Origin: a virus | IMG/VR virus record: IMGVR_UViG_3300045988_175038 | DNA length: 42,961 nucleotides | Strand: one strand, 5' to 3' | Shown: piece by piece, positions 1 through 9,275 of the stretch | How positions within the stretch are numbered: the stretch's first letter is position 1 | How the letters are laid out: each line of letters opens with the position of its first letter | Made by a program: the position numbers and the translations under genes | The notes under the pieces: model-generated | What the model was told of the DNA's origin: nothing | The model's input: the letters and a program-made list of their open reading frames with translations, nothing else | Database searches by the model: none

Positions 1-49
1 GGATAAGATGTTGTTGACCAACTTCTTACCCGATCATTGTTGCGGCGGC
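1..49. repeat. Left copy of the 49-bp terminal direct repeat (attL core or contig-end overlap)
   Basis: ggataagatgttgttgaccaacttcttacccgatcattgttgcggcggc is identical to 42913-42961. Confidence 0.9.
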
Positions 50-196
50 AGGACTGATGACAAGCCTACTACCGCCGGATAAGATTTTAGATGCCCAATA
101 TCATAACCAACACATTAATAATATGATATACCTTATTATATATATAGGGGAGAAAAGAACTAAAAAAAATCAGTAAGCACTAATTTTCGTTTGAAT

Positions 197-574
197 TTAG
201 TCCTTTTTATCCTTACTTTCGAGAAGTTTTATATAATTCTCCAATGTATTGATGCGTTTATCCTTTTCCTGGATTAACTCTTTGAGATACTGGGTCTCCA
301 TTTTACTATTGTTAATCCTAACATTCGAGAGAACATTATTAGAACCAATGACTTCTCCCGTCTTTTTCGTGGCCCACTCGGGAGTGGTAAAGAAGTCATC
401 CATCGAGCACTTGAGTACATCACGCATACGCTCAAGGGTATTGCAAGTGACACTCGTTGCCGTTTCAACATGATACAAGCCAGTTGATTTTCCCTGAAAA
501 ACCTGTTCTTCGAACTGTTTCTTGGTTAAACCAGCTTCTGCTATTAACTTTCTGAGTACCTGACCGTTATACAT
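197..574 (-). CDS. XRE/cI-type HTH transcriptional repressor with a C-terminal coiled coil
   Basis: The N-terminus LRKLIAEAGLTKKQFEEQV...TLERMRDVLKCSMDDFF fits the HTH_3 pattern. It is divergent from the early operon and adjacent to the integrase across the genome ends. Confidence 0.75.
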   Translation of the reverse strand: MYNGQVLRKLIAEAGLTKKQFEEQVFQGKSTGLYHVETATSVTCNTLERMRDVLKCSMDDFFTTPEWATKKTGEVIGSNNVLSNVRINNSKMETQYLKELIQEKDKRINTLENYIKLLESKDKKD

Positions 575-659
575 AACAACACAATTTAATTAATAATATT
601 TAACTAATATCTATTAGTATTTTTACTAAAAGATATTAGCGTTTTCTAATTTTTATTTG

Positions 660-678
660 TAACTTTGCAACAAAGTTA
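660..678. promoter_or_regulatory. Face-to-face pair of -7 promoter boxes forming an 8+3+8 palindrome (candidate lysis-lysogeny switch)
   Basis: TAACTTTG lies at 660-667 on the plus strand and its exact reverse complement CAAAGTTA at 671-678. The pair sits between the repressor (minus) and the early operon (plus). Confidence 0.55.
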
Positions 679-695
679 ATAATAATATTTGAAAT

Positions 696-914
696 ATGAA
701 AGAAAATATGCAAAAAAGTGATGAAAAAAATTCATTGCGCGAATGGTACAACGAGATTCCTCGTAACAAGCGCAACAAGTTCATTTTGGCTCTGCAGCTG
801 AAATTCGGCATGTCGGCATCAGGCATCTACGACAAGATCAAGAAGAACAACTGGTTGCCATACCAGCGTGAGATGGTAGATGAGGTTATCAACGAGGGTA
901 AATGGGAGAAGTAA
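696..914 (+). CDS. Small early protein, possible Cro-like DNA-binding regulator
   Basis: First gene of the rightward early operon, 29 nt after the promoter box. GMSASGIYDKIKK is HTH-like. Confidence 0.5.
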   Translation: MKENMQKSDEKNSLREWYNEIPRNKRNKFILALQLKFGMSASGIYDKIKKNNWLPYQREMVDEVINEGKWEK

Positions 915-1121
915 ATGGGAAAGATGACTATCAAGTGCAACAGCGAACAGCTGAAGTACATCCAGAAGGACTTCGAGGACGCTAGCGTTCCGGTCGATAT
1001 GTCGTACGGACCTTTCCATAAAGGCAAATCTGAGGTTAATCTTTTCTACGATGACGCTGAAGACGGAATTGTAGAAGGAATTGTTAAATATAGAATGAGA
1101 AACAATGAAAAGAAAGGTTAA
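915..1121 (+). CDS. Hypothetical early protein
   Basis: ORF packed directly after the stop of the previous gene. Confidence 0.45.
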   Translation: MGKMTIKCNSEQLKYIQKDFEDASVPVDMSYGPFHKGKSEVNLFYDDAEDGIVEGIVKYRMRNNEKKG

Positions 1122-1410
1122 AACTATGTCTATAGAGGATGCCATCAAGGAAAAATTCCCTGATGCTACTATATATGAAGTTAGAAACGACCGTTTTGGC
1201 AAATGTATATTAGGTATAGTTCCCACCAAAGATGGGAAAGATCATATTGTCGAATGGGATAAATCTGGGACTGCTTCCGAATGTGAGGTAGGCGGTAGAG
1301 ACTTCCGGGAAATCAGATGGAACGAAGAGGAGCAGCGACCAGAATACATCCACACCAAGCTACTTCTCCACGACGATAGATTTAACGTTCAAGTAGATGG
1401 CTCCAAGTAA
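1105..1410 (+). CDS. Hypothetical early protein
   Basis: ORF overlapping its upstream neighbour by 17 nt, in the operon context. Confidence 0.5.
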   Translation: MKRKVKTMSIEDAIKEKFPDATIYEVRNDRFGKCILGIVPTKDGKDHIVEWDKSGTASECEVGGRDFREIRWNEEEQRPEYIHTKLLLHDDRFNVQVDGSK

Positions 1411-1564
1411 ATGCCTAAACTGTGCAATAGGGGTAAACTGTATCAACGGAAGATACTGCCCCCTATTTCACAGATATATAGAACACGGTTCCGAACCACT
1501 TGGGTGCACACCTAAAAGAATTAGCGAATATGAAAGCAATAATAACACTAGAAACAGGATATAA
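1397..1564 (+). CDS. Hand-called 55-aa Cys-rich small protein (possible zinc ribbon)
   Basis: My translation is MAPSKCLNCAIGVNCINGRYCPLFHRYIEHGSEPLGCTPKRISEYESNNNTRNRI. It falls below the ORF-track length cutoff and fills an otherwise empty gap. Confidence 0.3.
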   Translation: MAPSKCLNCAIGVNCINGRYCPLFHRYIEHGSEPLGCTPKRISEYESNNNTRNRI

Positions 1565-1709
1565 GACCATTATAGAATTCCTCACCCCCCCACAGCGTAA
1601 GGAATCCGAGACACAAACAGAGTTTGAAAGACGCGTTCTTTCACTTATCAACCTGTCTCAGCCCAAAGCTGTCAATAAGGCCATAAAGCTTCATATTCTG
1701 AGGCATTAA
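1530..1709 (+). CDS. Hypothetical small protein
   Basis: The track ORF 1500..1709 opens with TTG. The first ATG is at 1530 (MKAIITLETG...). Confidence 0.4.
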   Translation: MKAIITLETGYKTIIEFLTPPQRKESETQTEFERRVLSLINLSQPKAVNKAIKLHILRH

Positions 1710-1751
1710 GACTTTCGGCAGCAAGTATTTTGTTTTGAGTCTGCAGATATT

Positions 1752-1759
1752 TATCTTTG
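1752..1759 (+). promoter_or_regulatory. Bacteroidota -7 promoter box TATCTTTG(C)
   Basis: Matches TAnnTTTG 26 nt upstream of the primase-helicase ATG. Confidence 0.5.
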
Positions 1760-1784
1760 CAGGCGGTTTTAAAGGAAAAGAAAT

Positions 1785-4718
1785 ATGATCAAAGCAGAAC
1801 AAATTTACCAGGCAACCGATGACGGACTGGATATAATCATAGGATTATACCCGGACGCCAAGGAGTGCATACAGAAATACTGTTCGACTGGCACGCCTAA
1901 AAAGCACTTTGCCATTCGTAACGAAAAGACTCCTTCCTGTGCTCTCAAGAAGTTTAAGGACTGCTGGAAGGTAACCGATTTCGGAGGCGAAGGAGTCGCC
2001 GAGTCTCCGATAGACCTCTATATGAAGGAGAAGAATATCGATCGTTTTCCCGATGCCATCCTCAGACTAGCATCGGAGTATAATATTTCCGATGAGTTAA
2101 AGAAGGACGTCAACAAGCCTACGTTCGCCGAGCGTGATGCCACCATCGATGAGAAGGATGGCACTCGTATCTTTGAACTCAACGAGAAGTTTACCGAGGA
2201 CGAACTGAAGGTTCTTGGCCCGAACGTCAAGCAAGACCATGTAGATGCCCTCAACTGGCATTCCGCCAAATGGATAGGCTATGTAAAAGACCGCAAGGTA
2301 AAAATTAAGTACAGCAACGAGCACTACCCTATCTTTATGCGCGAATGCCTGGTTTCTCCTGCCGTAGGAGAGAAACCAGAAGTCAAGTTTTACAAGATTT
2401 ATGAACCGCTTAACTTCAGCAAGCAGTGGAGATTTTCCTACACTCCAGATGGTGTCAAGCCAAAGCAGTATATCAATGGTCTAGCGGAGCTGAAGAAGGC
2501 TTATCATGAGTTCAATGCCCGTGAAATGGCTGAATTCAACAAGACCAACACAGATGATTCCAAGGTATATAAGGAGAAGAAACTTCCAGAAGCCTTCATC
2601 TGCAGCGGTGAGCGTGACAGCCTTTGCTGCCGTTCTCTCGGGTATCACCCATTATGGTTTAATTCCGAAACCTATAAACTCAGTGAAGAAGAGTATAAGG
2701 AAATCATGAAGTATGTAGAGGTACTCTACAATATACCCGATATCGATGAGACTGGTATCGCAAAGGGAACAGAACTTGCGCTCCGCTTCATCGATATACA
2801 TACCATCTGGCTTCCCCAGTGGCTCCGCACCTATCACGACAATCGTGGCAAAGGACGTAAGGATCTCCGCGACTGGATGGAACTCCGCAATACCCGCAAG
2901 GACTTCAGGAACCTCATGACGCTGGCCATGCCGGCACGCTTTTGGGTGAGCAAGCTTAACAAGAAAGCCAACACCTGGGATCATTATATCGATACAGCGT
3001 GTCTGTACAACTTTCTTCGCCTTAACGGCTTCTATACGCTCCATGACGAGAACTCAACCATTACCAGGTACGTTCGTATCACCGGTAATATCGTCAAGCT
3101 CATCACCACGAGAGATATCCGTGAGTTCTGCCGTCAATGGGTCATCGATAGAGCTGAGAAACGTGACATCCTCAACCTGGTACTCAATACCCCGAAACTC
3201 TCAAGCGCAGCACTCGATTCGCTCCAGGAGATAACGCTGGATTTTACCAGCTATACCAATCACTCCCAGCTGTTCTTCTTTCCTCGTGTAAGCGTAGAGG
3301 TAGATAGAAACGGCTTAACAGAGTATCAGCGGGAAGGAAGCTCTCTGAAGAACTACGTATGGCAGGAGAATGTCATCGACCACAACTTCAGAAAACTGGA
3401 CGATATGTTTACCATCACTCGTACCATCGATGAAGATGGTAGACCGAAGTTTGATATCGAGATAAAGAACGTAAGTTCTCATTTCTTCGGCTATTTGATC
3501 AATACTTCCCGAACCTATTGGCGCAAGGAACTGGAATATAGATTCGAGGACAGAAGCATCGACGAGAAGGAGTCATACCATAAAGCGCACCTCTTTGATA
3601 TCGCCGGAGAAGGTCTGGATGAGAAGGAAGTCGCAGAGCAGAAGCAGAACCTGATTAACAAGATATTCACTTTCGGCTATATGCTTCATCACTACAAGTC
3701 ACCATCACGAGCATGGGCGCCTATGGCCATGGATAACAAAATCGGAGAAGACAACGAATGCAATGGCCGTTCAGGTAAAAGTTTCTTCTTCAAGACGCTT
3801 TCCCTGCTGATGAAGACCGTAAAACTGTCCGGACGAAATCCTAAGCTGATGGACAATCCTCACGTCTTCGACCAGGTAACCCAGCACACCCAGATGCTGC
3901 TGCTCGATGACTGCGACCGCTATCTCAACACCGGACTATTCTATGATAATATTACTTCAGATATGACTGTGAATCCAAAGAACAACCAGAGCTTCACCAT
4001 TCCTTTCGAGGACAGTCCGAAGATTGCTTTCACTACCAACTATGTGCCAGCAGACTTCGACCCGTCTTCAGAGGCGAGATTGCTTTATATGGTATTCTCT
4101 GACTATTATCACCAGCGCACCGAGGACAATGACTACCAGGAGACCCGAAGCATACGTGATGACTTCGATAAGGATCTGTTCTCTAAGACATATTCTGAAG
4201 ACGAATGGAATGCAGACATCAACTTTTTCTTGCAGTGCTGCCGATTCTACCTCTCATTGGCCGGAGAACCCATCAAGATACTCCCACCGATGGAGAACAT
4301 CGTGAAGCGCAAGTTCAAGGCTGATATGGGCGTTAACTTCGAGGATTGGGCTAGTTCTTACTTCTCTGAGGAGAGTGGAAGACTGGATCAGTTTATCGTA
4401 AGAGAGAAGGCATTTACCGACTTCAAGCAGTTCTCTGGTCTCAACAAGGCTACTACACAGAGCTTCACCAAGAAGCTGAAGGCTTTTGTTGAACTCTGTC
4501 CTTACGTTGATTCGCTCAACCCTTCAGACCTTTGCAACAGCCAGCATCGCATCATCAGAAGAGATCCTGCGCATCCTGAAGGAAGCCCAGTGGAGATGAT
4601 TTATCTCAGAAGCAAGAAGAGTGATTCTAAAGAAGAGGAAACTCAGGCAAGCAAGGGCGCTCACCAGTCGGAAATCAAATGGAGTAAGGAAGATTTTGAT
4701 AATGTAGAACCTTTCTAG
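1785..4718 (+). CDS. DNA primase/helicase fusion (Toprim-like domain plus P-loop SF3/D5-like NTPase)
   Basis: CSGERDSLCC and NIPDIDETG are Toprim-like acidic motifs. The Walker A motif is NGRSGKSFF and the Walker B motif is MLLLDDCD. The protein is 977 aa and lies in the early region. Confidence 0.8.
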   Translation: MIKAEQIYQATDDGLDIIIGLYPDAKECIQKYCSTGTPKKHFAIRNEKTPSCALKKFKDCWKVTDFGGEGVAESPIDLYMKEKNIDRFPDAILRLASEYNISDELKKDVNKPTFAERDATIDEKDGTRIFELNEKFTEDELKVLGPNVKQDHVDALNWHSAKWIGYVKDRKVKIKYSNEHYPIFMRECLVSPAVGEKPEVKFYKIYEPLNFSKQWRFSYTPDGVKPKQYINGLAELKKAYHEFNAREMAEFNKTNTDDSKVYKEKKLPEAFICSGERDSLCCRSLGYHPLWFNSETYKLSEEEYKEIMKYVEVLYNIPDIDETGIAKGTELALRFIDIHTIWLPQWLRTYHDNRGKGRKDLRDWMELRNTRKDFRNLMTLAMPARFWVSKLNKKANTWDHYIDTACLYNFLRLNGFYTLHDENSTITRYVRITGNIVKLITTRDIREFCRQWVIDRAEKRDILNLVLNTPKLSSAALDSLQEITLDFTSYTNHSQLFFFPRVSVEVDRNGLTEYQREGSSLKNYVWQENVIDHNFRKLDDMFTITRTIDEDGRPKFDIEIKNVSSHFFGYLINTSRTYWRKELEYRFEDRSIDEKESYHKAHLFDIAGEGLDEKEVAEQKQNLINKIFTFGYMLHHYKSPSRAWAPMAMDNKIGEDNECNGRSGKSFFFKTLSLLMKTVKLSGRNPKLMDNPHVFDQVTQHTQMLLLDDCDRYLNTGLFYDNITSDMTVNPKNNQSFTIPFEDSPKIAFTTNYVPADFDPSSEARLLYMVFSDYYHQRTEDNDYQETRSIRDDFDKDLFSKTYSEDEWNADINFFLQCCRFYLSLAGEPIKILPPMENIVKRKFKADMGVNFEDWASSYFSEESGRLDQFIVREKAFTDFKQFSGLNKATTQSFTKKLKAFVELCPYVDSLNPSDLCNSQHRIIRRDPAHPEGSPVEMIYLRSKKSDSKEEETQASKGAHQSEIKWSKEDFDNVEPF

Positions 4719-4854
4719 CCCCTCATATATAATAGAATAAATAGCCCCAAGTTATAGTGCAAAGGTACAAAAAATATCTGAAATATGCAAATTTTTTCGG
4801 CTAATTTTTCAAGCAAAATTCGCTAATTTTTATATATCTTTTCCCATGTTACGA

Positions 4855-4890
4855 GGGAGTGATGAGCATCTGTTCATCGCTCCCTTTTTT
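4855..4890 (+). terminator. Rho-independent terminator
   Basis: A 12-bp stem (4855-4866 pairs with 4873-4884, including two G-U pairs) is followed by a T6 run. Confidence 0.6.
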
Positions 4891-5087
4891 GTTGGGCCCA
4901 GTCGCTATTCCGGCCGTCCGACTGGCTCATTTTAGCCCTTTTCCCACGCCTACTGCCGTTTTCCCCTCAACCCCTTTCCTATTTATTATACAAATCTTTT
5001 GTAACTCTGTAACAGAATGTTGGTAAAAAGGTATAAATAACTAGAAAAGAGTGGGTTAAATCCAATTTCGGACGTTTACAAAGTTGC

Positions 5088-5180
5088 GTTACAACTTTGT
5101 TACAAACTTTTAGGAGTTTGTAACAAACCATTTTTGTATCTGCGGCTTACTTCTCTATATAGGTTATGTTACAACTTTGT
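5088..5180. repeat. Iteron-like repeats (candidate replication origin core)
   Basis: GTTACAACTTTGT occurs at 5088-5100 and 5168-5180. The inverted pair GTTACAAAC (5099-5107) and GTTTGTAAC (5116-5124) lies between them. Confidence 0.5.
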
Positions 5181-5364
5181 TTTGGCCCACTTTTTTGTAT
5201 CTAAAAAATGTATCAAGAAAATAACGCTGATTATCAGCGAGTTATAAAGTCAAAGTTACATGATACAAAAATACAAACTTTTCGGACGAAATTATATCAT
5301 ACCAAGATTGCTGATATTTATTAGCTTTTTACTAATAATTATTAGTTATTCGGATTTTTATTTG

Positions 5365-5372
5365 TATCTTTG
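5365..5372 (+). promoter_or_regulatory. -7 promoter box TATCTTTG(C)
   Basis: Matches TAnnTTTG 15 nt upstream of the ATG at 5387. Confidence 0.55.
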
Positions 5373-5386
5373 CCGAAAAATTGCTT

Positions 5387-5971
5387 ATGAATAGAGTCGT
5401 TTACATCAAAGTTCCTGCGCATATCAGGCAATGGGCGTACCATAGTTATGGAAATCCAATTATTTTCCCAGTCATTGGTAACGAGGTAGCTGTAATACGC
5501 CGACTTACCAGTAAGCCACCTGCAGCCAAGCTTTCTCCCATAGAACAGGAGAACAGGGAAGATATACAAAAGGCAGAAACTGCCCATTTACACCAAAGTG
5601 CCGCCCATGCGTTCATGGATAAAGAGTATGAGGAAGAAAGATGGCTTAGTCATCCTGATGAATACATCGCCATAGAACTTCCAGACTCCAAAGCAAAACC
5701 GGTGCGTGAATACAACTATCTCGGACCACGTGCGAGACTTGCCGTGAAGGAGATGGTAACAGACCTGTTCAAGATGGATCTCTGGGCATCGCTGAAAGAC
5801 ATTGCGAACCGTTCATGCAAGATGTCAACGCTTATTTATGCCTGGTGCGAGATGCGTGGTATTGGCATTGATTATGAAGATACCGTGCGCCAATGCTTCT
5901 ACAGAATTCGTAATCAACACGCAAAAAACGGCGTAATTTTGAATTCAGCAACAAGGTTTAGCAAAGATTAA
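5387..5971 (+). CDS. Hypothetical protein
   Basis: The track ORF begins with TTG at 5381 and the first ATG is at 5387. No motif was recognised. Confidence 0.55.
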   Translation: MNRVVYIKVPAHIRQWAYHSYGNPIIFPVIGNEVAVIRRLTSKPPAAKLSPIEQENREDIQKAETAHLHQSAAHAFMDKEYEEERWLSHPDEYIAIELPDSKAKPVREYNYLGPRARLAVKEMVTDLFKMDLWASLKDIANRSCKMSTLIYAWCEMRGIGIDYEDTVRQCFYRIRNQHAKNGVILNSATRFSKD

Positions 5972-6045
5972 CGGATTTTTTTCCGCTACGGCGAACAACC
6001 CAGAACAAAACAGAAAAAATCGAAATAACCAAATAATTCAGAAAT

Positions 6046-6459
6046 ATGGCATACATAAAGAATATCATAAAAGTAGAGCTTACAGAAGCGAAAAACCTCG
6101 AAGGCTTAATCTATCCGGAGCGTGACAAATGTATCATTCCTTCTGATATCAGCTTCAGGCTGATTAAATGCAAAAATCCGTCAAGTTGTGAAATTACCGA
6201 CAAAATTGAGTCGAAGGTCCGCATTTTTACTTCCAAACTTACGTTCAAGTCATGTGAACAGGTCAAGCCCTCATGGGAACAGTTTGCATATAGAATCACT
6301 ACTGCGGATGGTTGTCAGTACCTTATCGGCCGTAATCATCGTCCCTATCCTGTTATCAGTATCTCCGAAACGATGCCGAGTTCACGTACAGAATCGTCCA
6401 TTACTACCTATACCGTTACATTGTCCGACGTAATAAAGCCGCTCCAGATCATAGAATAA
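6046..6459 (+). CDS. Hypothetical protein
   Basis: A 137-aa ORF with ordinary codon usage and no recognised motif. Confidence 0.5.
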   Translation: MAYIKNIIKVELTEAKNLEGLIYPERDKCIIPSDISFRLIKCKNPSSCEITDKIESKVRIFTSKLTFKSCEQVKPSWEQFAYRITTADGCQYLIGRNHRPYPVISISETMPSSRTESSITTYTVTLSDVIKPLQIIE

Positions 6460-6486
6460 GTTTTTTTATTTGCGTACCTTATTATA

Positions 6487-6494
6487 TAACTTTG
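6487..6494 (+). promoter_or_regulatory. -7 promoter box TAACTTTG(C)
   Basis: It lies inside the TTG-extended track ORF, 24 nt upstream of the ATG at 6518. Confidence 0.55.
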
Positions 6495-6517
6495 CGGCAA
6501 ATAATTCGCTAAGTTAC

Positions 6518-7543
6518 ATGAAATATCAAATATCAATCACCGGTTACATAGGTTCGTGGACCAAAAGGATGGTTCACGATATCCTTAACGAGAACAAAGG
6601 CAAGCATGTCGATGTAGCCATCGATTCGCTAGGCGGTGCGGTATCGGCCGGACTTGCCATCTGTCAGATGTTCAAGAATCACGGCGATGTGACTGTTGAC
6701 TTTCAGGCTGGCTTCTCTGCTTCTGCCGCTACCATCTGCGCGATGGGCGCAAAGACCATTCGAATGAGTAAGTACAGTTTGCTCCTGGTCCATAAGTGTT
6801 CCACAGAACAGTTCTTATGGAGTGCCCTCAACGAGGAGGAAATCGGCACACTCATCGAACAGCTTCAGAAACAGCAGGAAGATCAGCAGAAAATTGACAA
6901 CATCATCGCCAATGTTTACTGCGATCGCTCAGGAAAAAAACACGAGGATATCATCAAGGTAATGTCTGAGGCTAAATGGCATACAGTTGAGGAGTGCATC
7001 AGTCTCGGATTCGTAGATGAAGCTATGGATGGTAAGCCTGTAGAAATTACAGGGTCAACCCAAGACTTCATCAAGTACAACAATCTTCCTGTACTGCCGG
7101 AGGTTGTCAATTCTTGGTACGAAAAAAAGCCGGGTTTCCTGAACCGGTTTTTCGGAAAGGATAACTCACACAAAAATGTTTTAGATATGATTAAGAAATG
7201 GACTCACATCAACAATGTTCTCAACGTAGAGGGCATTGAGGCAGAGGAATCAGCCAAGGACTGCACCATCTCCCAGGAGCAGATGCAGAAGCTGGAGGAT
7301 AAGATTGCTGCCGACTCCAGCTCGATCAAGACCAAGGACGAGGAACTCGATAAGGTCAAGAACGAGAAGAAGGAACTGGAGGATAAGGTCAAGAACCTGG
7401 AGAAGGATAAGAAAGACCTTGAAGAGAAAGTAAAGGATCTGGAGAAAGAACCGGGTGGCGAAACCCACACTGCCGTAGATGACAACAAGGCTCAGGACTT
7501 CTGCTCAGATCAAGTATCGGACGTTTTAATTGATTTTGCATAA
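6518..7543 (+). CDS. ClpP/S49-like prohead protease fused to a coiled-coil scaffold domain
   Basis: DSLGGAVSAGLAI...GFSASAATICAMGA...LLVHKCS fits the ClpP-family Ser/His pattern. The C-terminus is a K/E-rich heptad region (KDEELDKVKNEKKELEDKVKNLEKDKKDLEEKVKDLEKE). It lies directly upstream of the capsid gene. Confidence 0.75.
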   Translation: MKYQISITGYIGSWTKRMVHDILNENKGKHVDVAIDSLGGAVSAGLAICQMFKNHGDVTVDFQAGFSASAATICAMGAKTIRMSKYSLLLVHKCSTEQFLWSALNEEEIGTLIEQLQKQQEDQQKIDNIIANVYCDRSGKKHEDIIKVMSEAKWHTVEECISLGFVDEAMDGKPVEITGSTQDFIKYNNLPVLPEVVNSWYEKKPGFLNRFFGKDNSHKNVLDMIKKWTHINNVLNVEGIEAEESAKDCTISQEQMQKLEDKIAADSSSIKTKDEELDKVKNEKKELEDKVKNLEKDKKDLEEKVKDLEKEPGGETHTAVDDNKAQDFCSDQVSDVLIDFA

Positions 7544-7544
7544 T

Positions 7545-8636
7545 ATGGCAGAGAATGATAAATTTGTTGCACCTGTTGACGTAAAGGAACAGCTGCAAAA
7601 GACGGCAAAGATCTACCGTAATAAGTTAATCACCATGCCTACCAGAGGTCTGAAGAAGTCACTCAGCTACATGACTCTTCGCCCAGGCATCCGTGTATCA
7701 GAGACCGTAGGCGAACTTACAGGCGGTGCTGAGTTCGGTCCATACGATGAGAACCGCGTAGCTGACGGCAACGTCAAGATTACACCTCGTACCCTGGAGG
7801 TGTTCTTTGGCAATGTCGATATCAAGTTCTCACCTAACTCAGTTTATTCCACCATCTGGGGCGCCAACGTCACTAATGGCGATGCCCTGAAGAATGTGCC
7901 TATCACGCTGCAGGTTCTTCAGCTCCTCGCCCTGAAGCTCGGCAAGAACCTCGACAAGGTTCTGTTCAAGGCAGTACGCAACCCTACAGGAACAGGTTCT
8001 GTTGACCTCTTCAATGGTTTTGATACCATTGCCAAGACTGAACTGGATGCCGACAAGCTTTCCGGTGCCCTCGGAAACCTCATCAAGGTTGCAGACATCC
8101 TGGGCGACAACAAGACCATCAACGACGACAACGCCGTAGATTTCGCACAGGGCATCTGTGAATTCGCCGATGAAGAGCTGATGGCAGAGGATAAGGTTTA
8201 CCTTTACGTTCCTCAGTCATTCGTCAACCTCTACAACCGTGCCTTCCTCAAGAAGTTTGGTGCTGCTCCTTACAACAAGGATTACAACCACCTCACCGTA
8301 GAAGGATTCGGCAACGTTGAGTTCGCTGTCCTTTCCAACAAGAAGGATGCTCCTTTCTTTGAACTTACTACCAAGAGCAACATGCTGGTGGGCGTCAACG
8401 AGATCAACAACAACGATGCTGAGCAGATTAAGGTCGAGAAGTATCACCCATGGAAACTCGACTTTATTGCTACCAAGTTCTTCGGTACCCAGTTTGAGAG
8501 CATCAACAAGGAGCGCGCCCTGTTCATCACCGATGATGGTACCAAGCCACTCATCCAGAAGGCAGCCACATCATCTGTCAGCCAGACTGGCGACAAACAG
8601 AGTGGCAAGGACGCTACCGCTGACGGAAACGTCTAA
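7545..8636 (+). CDS. Putative major capsid protein
   Basis: The ATG comes 1 nt after the protease stop. It is about 363 aa and sits immediately after the protease-scaffold gene. No diagnostic motif can be read by eye. Confidence 0.6.
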   Translation: MAENDKFVAPVDVKEQLQKTAKIYRNKLITMPTRGLKKSLSYMTLRPGIRVSETVGELTGGAEFGPYDENRVADGNVKITPRTLEVFFGNVDIKFSPNSVYSTIWGANVTNGDALKNVPITLQVLQLLALKLGKNLDKVLFKAVRNPTGTGSVDLFNGFDTIAKTELDADKLSGALGNLIKVADILGDNKTINDDNAVDFAQGICEFADEELMAEDKVYLYVPQSFVNLYNRAFLKKFGAAPYNKDYNHLTVEGFGNVEFAVLSNKKDAPFFELTTKSNMLVGVNEINNNDAEQIKVEKYHPWKLDFIATKFFGTQFESINKERALFITDDGTKPLIQKAATSSVSQTGDKQSGKDATADGNV

Positions 8637-8669
8637 TGTTTCACCTTATATAATATAGGAGATTAAAAT

Positions 8670-9275
8670 ATGGCATGTACTAACAAAGATTTATATAAAT
8701 CTGTGCGCAAATGTCCGGGTACGATTATTCGTCCCGGCATTAAGCCGAAGTTCCTGGCCATCCCGCTTTCGCAGATTCTTGCATGGCCAAAGCTTCCAGA
8801 TCCTGGCGATACCACCAAGGGACTGGAGGAACTCGCTACCTATAAGGGTGACTTCACTCTTGCCGCTGATGCCAAGTGGCACGCAGTTGACCTCGTAGCA
8901 CTCAAGTCTTCCATCACCACGGAGACTCAGGGCGAAGCTCCATCAGCTACCTTCCTCAACAAGGCAGAGTATATCATCGGCGGCACTGATGCCGATATTA
9001 CCGGTTTCGGCCGTATGGCGATCAATGACGAACTGGTCTATGCCCAGCAGGATCCTAATGGCCGCTTCCGCATTCTCGGTAACGAGATGTTCCCGGTGAA
9101 GACCACATTTGCCCAGAACAGCGGCGCCGGAGCTACCGACTCAAAAACCTCAACTCTCAGCGTAGAGGCTACCGATTTCTGCCCTGCTCCATACTATGAT
9201 GGCAAGCTTGAGACAGATGAAGGTGATATCAAGGGCAGCGATGGCTCTGCTTGGGAAGCAACTGGTCACGCGTAA
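8670..9275 (+). CDS. Hypothetical virion protein
   Basis: A 201-aa ORF directly after the capsid gene. Confidence 0.5.
   Translation: MACTNKDLYKSVRKCPGTIIRPGIKPKFLAIPLSQILAWPKLPDPGDTTKGLEELATYKGDFTLAADAKWHAVDLVALKSSITTETQGEAPSATFLNKAEYIIGGTDADITGFGRMAINDELVYAQQDPNGRFRILGNEMFPVKTTFAQNSGAGATDSKTSTLSVEATDFCPAPYYDGKLETDEGDIKGSDGSAWEATGHA

Noticed and set aside
1-49. Terminal repeats as transposon ends
   Set aside because: The repeats are direct rather than inverted, and the adjacent recombinase is a tyrosine integrase rather than a transposase.
5249-5273. Additional reverse-strand TAnnTTTG matches in the AT-rich ori-like region
   Set aside because: The 6-position motif is expected by chance several times per strand in 43 kb, and more often in AT-rich DNA. 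These matches lack the trailing C and any downstream gene.
6470-6517. TTG-initiated N-terminal extension of the protease ORF, and similar extensions at 16710, 9319, 14369, 28238, 33734 and 34906
   Set aside because: The extensions read across promoter boxes, repeats or the preceding gene. The first in-frame ATG after the promoter or stop gives a sensible N-terminus in each case.
7204-7488. Alternative-frame ORFs (plus and minus) over the scaffold coiled-coil region
   Set aside because: They arise from the GAR/AAG-rich periodic sequence encoding the K/E heptads. The protease-scaffold frame is continuous.
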